Assembly: GCA_013360215.1 (NCBI GenBank)
Contig: JABWCP010000004.1
Coordinates: forward strand, 186,001-250,000
Direction of reading: 5' to 3'
Source of the DNA: a bacterium
GTDB taxonomy: Bacteria > CLD3 > SB21
DNA: 64,000 nucleotides
Below, one piece after another: positions 21,559 to 30,218 of the stretch (position 1 is its first letter; the number at the start of each line of letters is the position of its first letter). The notes below the pieces were generated by a model. It made no database searches. It was given only the letters and a program-made list of their open reading frames with translations, and had not been told where the DNA came from. A program made the position numbers and the translations under genes.

Positions 21559-22077
21559 ATGGCAAAAGCGAAGAAAAAGGTTGTCAAAAAAGCCGCTAAA
21601 AAAGTAGCCCGTAAAAAGGTGAAAGCCTTAAAAAAAACGGTGAAAAAACCGACGGAAAAAATCCCGGCCAAGGGATTGAGTCCGTATCTTTGTTTTAACG
21701 GCAACTGCCGTGAAGCAATGGAATTTTATCGTGACAGTATCGGCGGCAAAATACTTTCGCTTCAAACTTTTGGGGACGCTCCGATGGACAGTACACCGGA
21801 GCAAAAAAATCTCGTGATGCATTCGGAGTTTAAGGCCGACGCCGTGTATTTTATGGCCTCGGATGCGATGCCGGGACAACCCGTAACAAACGGTTCCAAT
21901 GTGACACTTAGCATCAATTTTACAAAACTGGCCGAACAAGAAGCGGTGTTTAGCAAGTTATCTGCGGGTGGTACGATCATCATGCCGCTTCAGGAAACAT
22001 TTTGGGGTGCTAAGTTTGGTATGTTTACCGATAAATTCGGTATTCAGTGGATGCTCAACTGCCAATTGAAAAAATGA
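21559..22077 (+). CDS. VOC/PhnB (3-demethylubiquinone-9 methyltransferase-like) protein with an N-terminal Lys/Ala-rich histone-H1-like tail
   Basis: PYL.FNGNC.EAM.FY, VMH, MASD and MPLQETFWGAKFGMFTDKFGIQWM; the first ~38 aa are K/A/V-rich. Confidence 0.9.
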   Translation: MAKAKKKVVKKAAKKVARKKVKALKKTVKKPTEKIPAKGLSPYLCFNGNCREAMEFYRDSIGGKILSLQTFGDAPMDSTPEQKNLVMHSEFKADAVYFMASDAMPGQPVTNGSNVTLSINFTKLAEQEAVFSKLSAGGTIIMPLQETFWGAKFGMFTDKFGIQWMLNCQLKK

Positions 22078-22150
22078 ATTTTTGTAAACGCCTTGGTTTG
22101 GATCGGTCCAAACGCGGCGAAGAATTTTGCGATATTAAAGGAAACAGATA

Positions 22151-23764
22151 ATGGCGCTGGTCAAAATTGACGGACAGGAATTGGAAATGCAGCGTGGGGA
22201 AACCATCCTCAACGCCGCGAAACGCATAGGCATAGAGATTCCTTATTATTGTTATCATCCCGGCATGAAAATCGTAGCAAGTTGCCGTATGTGTTTGGTG
22301 GATATGGTCGGCGCTCCGAAACTTGTACCGGGTTGTTCTACTACCGTTGGCGAGCTACCGCCCGGAAAAAAAATTGAAGATAAATACGATGCAGTAATTT
22401 TTACTGAAAACGAAAAAGTCACTACTGCGCGCCGGGCTGTTCTGGAGTTCTTATTGCTCAATCACCCGATCGATTGTCCGATCTGTGACAAAGCCGGTGA
22501 ATGCAAGTTGCAGGATTATACGTATGAACATGGAAATCACGAATCGCGATTTGCTGAAATCAAACGTATTCCGCAAAGAAAAGATCTCGGTCCTTCGATT
22601 TATCTCTATACGTCCCGTTGTATCATGTGTACACGCTGCGTACGTTTTACCGAAGAAATTTCAGGAACAGAAGAATTAAAAGTCAATCATCGCGGTGCTC
22701 GCGCTGAAATCGAAGTAAATCCCGGCAAGCCGTTGAATAATAAAATGATGGGCAATGTCGTAGATCTTTGCCCGGTCGGATGTTTGATTGACAAAAACGA
22801 AAAATTTGAAGGACGTGTGTGGAATTTTGTTCACACCGAAAGCGTCTGCCCCGGTTGCAGCAAAGGTTGCAATACCACACTGGATACCATGAAACGCCAA
22901 AAGCTCAATCTTGAAGAACTGGTGGACAAAGTTTACCGTGTGCGCCCGCGCGAAAATATGGCCGTCAATCAATGGTGGATTTGCGATGATGGCCGTTATC
23001 ATCTGAATGCTCAGGAAAAATTGACGCGTATATTGGTACCCCATACACGCAAAGACAACAAGCTGAGTGAAACAAATTGGACGGCCGCTATGGCGCTGGT
23101 TACTGAAAAAATCAAATCGGCAGGTTCCGGATCGGTGGCTTTCATTGCGAGCCCGTATGCTTCCAATGAAGAAAATTATGTGTTCGGTAAATTAGCCAAA
23201 TCATTTGGCGCTTCGTTGGATGTCAGCAAGCCCTTATACGGCGATACACAAACATTTAAGACGGACAAAAATAAATATCCCTTTACGATCGAATCGGAAA
23301 AAGCTCCGAACTACCGTGGTGCAAAAGAAGTTCTTGGTTTGGGCGACTCAAAAATGGAACAAACCATTGCAGGTAAAAAGGTAGTAGTTCTTTTGGGCAG
23401 CCATAATATAGAGCTGAAAACCAAGCCGGAAACATTGATCGTGATTAGCCATTTCGAAGACGCCGTTACCAATCAGGCGGACGTTGTATTACCCGGGACT
23501 ATTTTTACGGAAACCAGCGGAACGTTTACAAACAAAGACGGCTTGGTTCAGAAATTTAATAAAGCCATTCAACCCGCCGGTGAAAGCCGCCCTGTGTGGC
23601 AGATCGTTTTGGATATAGCTTCGGCTCTGGAACACGGATTGTATTACGAATCCGTTGCAGACATTACCAAAGAGATTAAAGAAACTGTTTCGTCGTATAG
23701 CAGCTTGGATATGGATAAACTTTATCCACAGTTAGCATATACGAACGAACAAATGGTATTATAG
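22151..23764 (+). CDS. nuoG: NADH-quinone oxidoreductase subunit G (short, 537 aa)
   Basis: CYH...CRMC...C, HPIDCPICDKAGEC, CIMCTRC...C, CPGCSKGC...C; shortened molybdopterin-like C-terminal domain. Confidence 0.92.
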   Translation: MALVKIDGQELEMQRGETILNAAKRIGIEIPYYCYHPGMKIVASCRMCLVDMVGAPKLVPGCSTTVGELPPGKKIEDKYDAVIFTENEKVTTARRAVLEFLLLNHPIDCPICDKAGECKLQDYTYEHGNHESRFAEIKRIPQRKDLGPSIYLYTSRCIMCTRCVRFTEEISGTEELKVNHRGARAEIEVNPGKPLNNKMMGNVVDLCPVGCLIDKNEKFEGRVWNFVHTESVCPGCSKGCNTTLDTMKRQKLNLEELVDKVYRVRPRENMAVNQWWICDDGRYHLNAQEKLTRILVPHTRKDNKLSETNWTAAMALVTEKIKSAGSGSVAFIASPYASNEENYVFGKLAKSFGASLDVSKPLYGDTQTFKTDKNKYPFTIESEKAPNYRGAKEVLGLGDSKMEQTIAGKKVVVLLGSHNIELKTKPETLIVISHFEDAVTNQADVVLPGTIFTETSGTFTNKDGLVQKFNKAIQPAGESRPVWQIVLDIASALEHGLYYESVADITKEIKETVSSYSSLDMDKLYPQLAYTNEQMVL

Positions 23765-23792
23765 AATTTTCATTTATAACGAGTATTTGACT

Positions 23793-24815
23793 ATGGATGC
23801 GTTTTTACCTTTTGTACCGTACTTAGTGATCGGATTGATGCTGGCGATCTATCTTGCGATAGTGCCGATCATGTTGATCGTCGAACGCCGTGTCAGCGCA
23901 TGGGTACAGTATCGTGTCGGCCCTAATCGTGTCGGTCCGCTGGGTCTTTTTCAGCCGATCGCCGATGCGCTGAAGATGATGTCCAAAGAAGATATCATAC
24001 CTTTGCATGTCAATAAATGGCTGTATGTAGCAGCACCCGCATTGATGGTTTTTCCTGCGTTTTTTGTCGTTGGCGTGATTCCTTGGGGTTTTATCACTGT
24101 CGGCGGGCGTGAAATCTGGATTCAGATCGGACAAACCAACATCGGTGTACTTTATGTGTTGGCGGTTTCTTCGTTGAGTGTTTACGCGATTACATTTGGT
24201 GCATGGGCATCCAATAATAAATACTCGCTGTTCGGCGGTATGCGTTCGGCCGCACAGATGATCAGCTACGAATTACCGATGGGTATGGCGATCATGAGTA
24301 TGGTGCTGGTTGTCGGTTCGCTTAAGATCGAAGATATTGTCAATTTTCAGATTCAAAACCACATGTGGGGTATCGTATTTCAACCCCTTGCAGCATTGTT
24401 ATTTATTGCGACCGCTTTTGCAGAAACCAATCGTACGCCCTTCGATTTGACGGAAGCGGAGGCAGAGCTTGTTGCCGGATATCACACGGAATATTCTTCG
24501 ATGAAATTCGGTCTTTTTTATCTTGGCGAATATTGCAATATGCTTACAAACTCGATTATGATCACATGCCTCTTTTTAGGCGGTTGGCATATTCCTTTTG
24601 TAAATGACATGGGGTTTTCTCCGCTCACACGCGATCTGATCAATCTTGGCGGTTTTGCGTTTAAAGTGCTTTTCCTGATGTTTTTCTATGTGTGGGTACG
24701 CTGGACGCTTCCGCGCTTCCGTTATGATCAGTTGATGAATCTCGGTTGGAAAAAAATGATTCCTTTGGCGCTGGCTAATATTTTGATTACGGCTATTTGG
24801 CTGGCTTTCGTATAA
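23793..24815 (+). CDS. nuoH: NADH-quinone oxidoreductase subunit H
   Basis: RVGPNRVGP, QPIAD..K...KED, AQMISYE, ETNRTPFDL.EAE.EL, PRFRYDQ. TTG 23787 is an alternative start. Confidence 0.97.
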   Translation: MDAFLPFVPYLVIGLMLAIYLAIVPIMLIVERRVSAWVQYRVGPNRVGPLGLFQPIADALKMMSKEDIIPLHVNKWLYVAAPALMVFPAFFVVGVIPWGFITVGGREIWIQIGQTNIGVLYVLAVSSLSVYAITFGAWASNNKYSLFGGMRSAAQMISYELPMGMAIMSMVLVVGSLKIEDIVNFQIQNHMWGIVFQPLAALLFIATAFAETNRTPFDLTEAEAELVAGYHTEYSSMKFGLFYLGEYCNMLTNSIMITCLFLGGWHIPFVNDMGFSPLTRDLINLGGFAFKVLFLMFFYVWVRWTLPRFRYDQLMNLGWKKMIPLALANILITAIWLAFV

Positions 24816-24852
24816 CGCTATAGAAAAGGTATAACGCAAGGTTTATAACAAT

Positions 24853-25464
24853 ATGGCTGTGAATGTAAAAAATGTTTCTGAACCCCGCGGTAAGAGTTGG
24901 CTGGACAATACGTATGTAATACCGATCTTAAAAGGGTTGGGTATTACATTTAAGCATCTCTTCAAAAAACGCGATGTTCTCAGTTATCCCGAGGATAAAA
25001 AAGTTCTTCCTCCGAATTATCGCGGTCTGCACATGTTGACGCGGGACGAAAACGGTCGCGAAAAATGTGTAGCATGCGAAATGTGCTCTACGGCATGCCC
25101 CGCCGATTGTATTCGTATCGTAGCGAACGACAGCGGTGATGCGTGGAAAGACGGGCACGAAAATCGCGAAAAACATCCTAAAGTTTTCGAAATTGACGAA
25201 TTGCGTTGTATTTATTGCGGTATGTGCGTTGAAGCTTGTCCCGAAGATGCGATTGATATGACGGATATGCATAATCTTGCAGATTACACGCGCGCGGATT
25301 TCATTTACAATAAGGAACGTCTTTTGGGCGTATATGATGAATACATCAAGCGTCACCCGGATCGTGCGCAACGGCGCGATGGTTTGCATAAACAAATGAA
25401 AAATTCGAGTTATTTTACCGTGAAAGACGTCAAACACTCTGACGAACACGGATCGGTTCACTAA
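24853..25464 (+). CDS. nuoI: NADH-quinone oxidoreductase subunit I
   Basis: Two CxxCxxCxxxCP motifs (CVACEMCSTACP, CIYCGMCVEACP). Confidence 0.96.
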   Translation: MAVNVKNVSEPRGKSWLDNTYVIPILKGLGITFKHLFKKRDVLSYPEDKKVLPPNYRGLHMLTRDENGREKCVACEMCSTACPADCIRIVANDSGDAWKDGHENREKHPKVFEIDELRCIYCGMCVEACPEDAIDMTDMHNLADYTRADFIYNKERLLGVYDEYIKRHPDRAQRRDGLHKQMKNSSYFTVKDVKHSDEHGSVH

Positions 25465-25528
25465 AAAGATGACGGGATACTGCGGCTGATATATATCATC
25501 CGAGGATCAGAATAAAGTTAGAGGTACT

Positions 25529-26062
25529 ATGGAAAATATGTTGCAATATGTGATGGTAAATCCGGTGTTTTATATTTTTGCTGCGATTGCTGTCCTATGC
25601 GCTATCATGATGCTGACGATGGAAAACCCCGTTTATAGTGCGATTTTTATGGTGGGGGTGTTCTTCTGTATTGCCGTGTTATACATTACACTGGAAGCCG
25701 AATTTATAGCCGCAATTCAAGTATTGGTATATACCGGCGCGATAATGGTTCTATTCCTTTTTGTGATCATGTTGCTCAATTTGGGTCGTGATGCACATCT
25801 GACGGAATACGCCGGACCTATGAAGTATATCTCGATCATGCTGGCTTTTGCGATACTGGTACAAATCGGTCTTGCAACGAAAGTTACGTACAATCTCGGC
25901 GATCGCGGAATTTATCCGATCGAAAAAATACGTGAGGCCGGAAACGTCGAAGTCATCGGCTCGGTACTGATGTCGCAGTATTTATATCCTTTCGAAATCG
26001 CTTCGATACTTCTTCTTTTGGGTATGGTCGGCGCGATTATTATTTCCAAACGCAAACAATAA
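25529..26062 (+). CDS. nuoJ: NADH-quinone oxidoreductase subunit J
   Basis: NPVYSA, QVLVYTGAIMVLFLFVIMLL, PFEIAS. Confidence 0.96.
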   Translation: MENMLQYVMVNPVFYIFAAIAVLCAIMMLTMENPVYSAIFMVGVFFCIAVLYITLEAEFIAAIQVLVYTGAIMVLFLFVIMLLNLGRDAHLTEYAGPMKYISIMLAFAILVQIGLATKVTYNLGDRGIYPIEKIREAGNVEVIGSVLMSQYLYPFEIASILLLLGMVGAIIISKRKQ

Positions 26063-26076
26063 GTGCTGGAGCAAAT

Positions 26077-26379
26077 ATGGTTCCCCTCTCTCATTATTTG
26101 ATAGTAACAGCGATATTATTTTCGCTTGGCGTTGTTGGCGTACTGACACGCCGCAACGCGATCATCGTATTTATGTGTATCGAGCTTATGCTCAATTCCG
26201 TGAATCTGACAATGGTAGCCTTTGCACGGTATTTGGATTCGATGGACGGACAAATCGCAGTTTTTTTGGTTATGACGGTTGCTGCAGCAGAAGTAGCTGT
26301 AGGTCTGGCATTGATCGTAGCGATCTATCGTAAGAAAGACACGATCAATGTGGATGAAATGCATATGATGCAAGGTTAG
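26077..26379 (+). CDS. nuoK: NADH-quinone oxidoreductase subunit K
   Basis: RRNAI..FMCIELMLN, VAAAEVAVGLA. Confidence 0.97.
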   Translation: MVPLSHYLIVTAILFSLGVVGVLTRRNAIIVFMCIELMLNSVNLTMVAFARYLDSMDGQIAVFLVMTVAAAEVAVGLALIVAIYRKKDTINVDEMHMMQG

Positions 26380-26424
26380 TAGCGTCCGACCGGTGGACGG
26401 AAATTTTATGGAGATGGTTGTTAT

Positions 26425-28437
26425 ATGGAAATGATTATTCTAATGATTCCCCTGATCCCGCTGGCCGGCGCGGTGTTCAATGTGTTTTTTGGCCGCATGA
26501 TCGAAGGGCAGGGAAGTCATCACACCGAAGGTCATGAGGAAGGCCACGCGCATCATCATGCCAAACCCTGGGCCGGATATCTTGCTTCCGGATTGGTTTT
26601 TATTTCATTTTTATTGTCGTTGTATGTTTTTATCCAAGTGTTGGGTGGTCAAAAGTACAACATTGATTACTTGGATTGGATTATTGTTGATACCTTGCGC
26701 ATCACGTTTGGTTTTTTGATTGATCCTTTGACCGGCGTAATGCTTTTGATTGTGACCGGTATCGGTTTCTTGATCCATGTCTATTCGTTAGGATATATGG
26801 AACACGATCCGGATCGTCCTCGGTTTTTTACTTACCTCAATCTGTTTATCTTTTCCATGCTCATGCTGGTCATGGGAAATAACCTTGCCGTTATGTTTTT
26901 CGGCTGGGAAGCCGTAGGTTTGTGCTCCTACCTTCTTATCGGGTATTATTATAAAAAGAAAAGCGCCGGAGATGCCGGAAAAAAAGCGTTTATCGTCAAC
27001 CGTATCGGCGATTTCGGATTTGGATTGGGTATATTTTTGGTGTTTGCTACGTTTGGAACGATTCATTTTGAAACGCTTTTTGACGCCATACACAAAGTTG
27101 ATCCCTATGCGCTCGGCACGACGATGACGGCCATAGGTATGCTTCTGTTTGTAGGCGCGATGGGCAAATCGGCGCAGATACCTCTTTATGTTTGGCTTCC
27201 GGACGCGATGGAAGGCCCAACACCGGTTTCAGCTTTGATTCACGCCGCGACGATGGTTACTGCCGGTGTATTCATGGTAGCGCGTTGCAGTCCGATATTT
27301 TCATTTGACATCGGCCCGGCGGGATACATTATGGGCATGTCGGCGGGCGACTTAGTGACGTATGTCGGTGCGGCAACCGCATTGTTTGCAGCGACCATCG
27401 GTTTTACACAAACGGATATTAAAAAAGTTTTGGCGTATTCTACGGTTTCTCAGCTTGGATATATGTTTATCGGTGTCGGTGTCGGCGCTTATGCGGCCGG
27501 TGTTTTCCATCTTTTGACACACGCTTTTTTCAAAGCGCTGATGTTCCTTGGTTCGGGTAGTGTCATTCATGTGATGGAACACGCATATCACAAAGCCGGA
27601 ATCCATGAAGATCCTCAGGATATTCGTAAGATGGGCGGGCTTTTCTCCAAAGCTAAAATAACCGCCATTACATTTCTCATCGGATGGGTAGCTATCTGTG
27701 GATTACCGCCTTTTTCCGGATTTTTTAGTAAAGACGAAATTTTAGCTTCCGCTTATCATAAAGGATACAACGGCGTTTTCTGGTTTGGTGTGCTCGGTGC
27801 GATGATGACGGCATTTTACATGTCACGATTAGTATTCCTCACATTTTTTGGAGAAAGCCGGACTCCGGAAGCTGCAAAAGAACATTTGCATGAATCTACT
27901 TCGACAATGACCGTGCCGCTTATGATTTTAGCTGTGTTTGCTGCAATTGCCGGTTTCATCGGTATTCCTCCGGTTCTAGGTGGTCATAATTGGCTTGCGC
28001 ATTTTCTTGAACCGTCGGTCGGTGCTCATGCGGCGCCGGTTGGGCATCACGGCTTCAATGATATGACGCTGATGGTCATATCGGTATTGGCAGGTGTCAT
28101 CGGTATCGGTATAGCGTGGGTGATTTATATGGCTAAGAAAGTCAGCGCTGAAAAAATTGCCACAGACTACCAACCGGTATACAAAACGCTGCTCAATAAA
28201 TATTACATAGATGAATTCTACGATAAATTTATTGTGGAACCCACAAAATGGGTATCGGAAAAAGTATTTCTGCGCTTGGTTGATAACAAATTGATTGATG
28301 GGTTGATATATCTTATAGCTATTACGCTGGATTTATTTGGACGCATCCTTCGATTATTCCAAACCGGTTATGTTCAGACGTATGCATTTTTTATTTCGCT
28401 GGGTGTGGCGCTGATTATTTACTATATCATGCGCTAG
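26425..28437 (+). CDS. nuoL: NADH-quinone oxidoreductase subunit L
   Basis: GWEAVGLCSYLLIG, KSAQ.PL.VWLPDAMEGPTPVSALIHAATMV, AYSTVSQLG, HAFFKA. Confidence 0.98.
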   Translation: MEMIILMIPLIPLAGAVFNVFFGRMIEGQGSHHTEGHEEGHAHHHAKPWAGYLASGLVFISFLLSLYVFIQVLGGQKYNIDYLDWIIVDTLRITFGFLIDPLTGVMLLIVTGIGFLIHVYSLGYMEHDPDRPRFFTYLNLFIFSMLMLVMGNNLAVMFFGWEAVGLCSYLLIGYYYKKKSAGDAGKKAFIVNRIGDFGFGLGIFLVFATFGTIHFETLFDAIHKVDPYALGTTMTAIGMLLFVGAMGKSAQIPLYVWLPDAMEGPTPVSALIHAATMVTAGVFMVARCSPIFSFDIGPAGYIMGMSAGDLVTYVGAATALFAATIGFTQTDIKKVLAYSTVSQLGYMFIGVGVGAYAAGVFHLLTHAFFKALMFLGSGSVIHVMEHAYHKAGIHEDPQDIRKMGGLFSKAKITAITFLIGWVAICGLPPFSGFFSKDEILASAYHKGYNGVFWFGVLGAMMTAFYMSRLVFLTFFGESRTPEAAKEHLHESTSTMTVPLMILAVFAAIAGFIGIPPVLGGHNWLAHFLEPSVGAHAAPVGHHGFNDMTLMVISVLAGVIGIGIAWVIYMAKKVSAEKIATDYQPVYKTLLNKYYIDEFYDKFIVEPTKWVSEKVFLRLVDNKLIDGLIYLIAITLDLFGRILRLFQTGYVQTYAFFISLGVALIIYYIMR

Positions 28438-28481
28438 AGGTAATTCTGAAAAAAGTTCGTTGATTTGATAGAGGCTTTTCC

Positions 28482-30068
28482 ATGGAAAATTATAATTCGC
28501 TTGCGCTTTCGCTTCTGATTTTTATGCCGTTGGTCGGTGTCGTCGTTATTTCTTTCATAGACCGACGCAACGAGAACTTGATCAAAGCAACAACGTTTGC
28601 GTTTTCTGCGCTCGTGTTTGTTTTGTCCATACCGATCTACATGAATTACGACTTCAGCAATCCGGAAATGCAGTTTACGTATAAAGCAAAATGGATTGTT
28701 GATTGGGGTGCCTACTATACTTTGGGCGTGGACGGTCTTTCGATGCTTTTGATCATGCTGACGACTTTTATGATGCCTTTGGCTGTGGTTGCTTCATGGA
28801 AAAGCATTCACTTTCACGTTAAAGGTTTCATGATTTCGTTGCTCTTGCTGGATGCCGGGATGGTGGGTGTTTTTTGTGCGCGGGATATGCTTTTGTTTTA
28901 CGTGTTCTGGGAAGCCATGCTGGTGCCGATGTATCTCATCATCGGTATTTGGGGGCACGATCATCGTATCAAAGCCGCTGTGACGTTCTTCATATATACT
29001 ATGGCCGGCAGCTTGTTCATGCTCGTCGCGATTATTTATATGTATTTCCAAACCGGTGCGGTAGTGGATAATGGAACCGTGCTCTCCATGCACTCGTTTG
29101 CCGTTGATGATTTTGCAAAACTACAGTTACCATACGAGACTCAATATTGGCTATTCCTTGCGTTTGCACTCGCCTTCGCAGTTAAAGTTCCGATGTTTCC
29201 TTTTCATACATGGTTGCCCTTGGCCCACGTCGAAGCGCCGACGGCAGGTTCGGTGGATCTGGCTGCGATCTTGTTAAAGATGGGGCCCTACGGTTTTATG
29301 CGTTTCTGCATTCCATTTTTTCCTGAAGTCGCCAACGATTTTACGCCCGTGATTATGGTGGTAGCGATCATCGGTATTATTTATGGCGCACTTGTCGCTA
29401 TGGTACAAACCGACGCCAAAAAATTGGTTGCGTATTCATCCGTAAGCCACCTTGGTTTTGTTATGCTCGGTATTTTTGCGTTTACGATTCAAGGTTGGCA
29501 GGGTGCAATGATGATTATGATCGGGCACGGTATATCAACCAGCGCGCTCTTTCTCATGATCGGTATGTTATACGATCGCCGTCACACACGCGAAATTGCG
29601 AAATTTGGCGGTTTGTGGAAAGTCATGCCGGCCTTTTCAGTTATTTTTATGATTGTTTGTTTTTCATCGTTGGGTCTTCCCGGAACTAACGGGTTTATCG
29701 GTGAATTCCTTGTTTTGATCGGAACATTTATTTCGTCCATAGGTCATGCCCGTCTCTATGCGACGCTGGCTATGTTGGGCGTGATTTTGGGTGCTGTTTA
29801 TCTTCTTTGGATGTACCAACGCGTCTGCTTTGGTGAGATCGTTCATGAGGAAAATAAAAAACTTCCCGATCTTTCAGTACGTGAATATGCACTTGTCACA
29901 CCGTTTCTTATTCTGATTTTCCTGTTGGGATTCTATCCAAAAATTCTGACAGAAAAAACGGAAGCAACCATGCACAAGTATCTGAATAATCAGAAAACGG
30001 CTGTCGAGCAGGCCAAAACCAAAAAGAATAGCGGCCCGATGATGACCAATCAGCCGATACCGTACTAA
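28482..30068 (+). CDS. nuoM: NADH-quinone oxidoreductase subunit M
   Basis: FWEAML.PMY, KVPMFPFHTWLP.AHVEAPT, AYSSVSHLG, GLPGTNGFIGEF. Confidence 0.98.
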   Translation: MENYNSLALSLLIFMPLVGVVVISFIDRRNENLIKATTFAFSALVFVLSIPIYMNYDFSNPEMQFTYKAKWIVDWGAYYTLGVDGLSMLLIMLTTFMMPLAVVASWKSIHFHVKGFMISLLLLDAGMVGVFCARDMLLFYVFWEAMLVPMYLIIGIWGHDHRIKAAVTFFIYTMAGSLFMLVAIIYMYFQTGAVVDNGTVLSMHSFAVDDFAKLQLPYETQYWLFLAFALAFAVKVPMFPFHTWLPLAHVEAPTAGSVDLAAILLKMGPYGFMRFCIPFFPEVANDFTPVIMVVAIIGIIYGALVAMVQTDAKKLVAYSSVSHLGFVMLGIFAFTIQGWQGAMMIMIGHGISTSALFLMIGMLYDRRHTREIAKFGGLWKVMPAFSVIFMIVCFSSLGLPGTNGFIGEFLVLIGTFISSIGHARLYATLAMLGVILGAVYLLWMYQRVCFGEIVHEENKKLPDLSVREYALVTPFLILIFLLGFYPKILTEKTEATMHKYLNNQKTAVEQAKTKKNSGPMMTNQPIPY

Positions 30069-30145
30069 TATCTTTTGCATGCGGCTTTGTGCGAATGATA
30101 AACAACTGACGATAGCGCATGAAGCAGTGATTTCGACCAATTATG

Positions 30146-30176
30146 AAAAGGTTCGCGCATGCTGCGAACCTTTTTT
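30146..30176 (+). terminator. Intrinsic terminator inside the nuo cluster, after nuoM
   Basis: aaaaggttcgc-gcatgct-gcgaacc followed by tttttt. Confidence 0.8.
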
Positions 30177-30218
30177 GTATAGAACTTTGAACAACTAGAA
30201 ACTCAGTATTAATTTCCA

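Noticed and set aside
30106-30149. CTGACGA...GAAA resembling a hammerhead ribozyme core
   Set aside because: No convincing stem II between the motifs and no stem I/III with a cleavage triplet; the GAAA belongs to the terminator arm.
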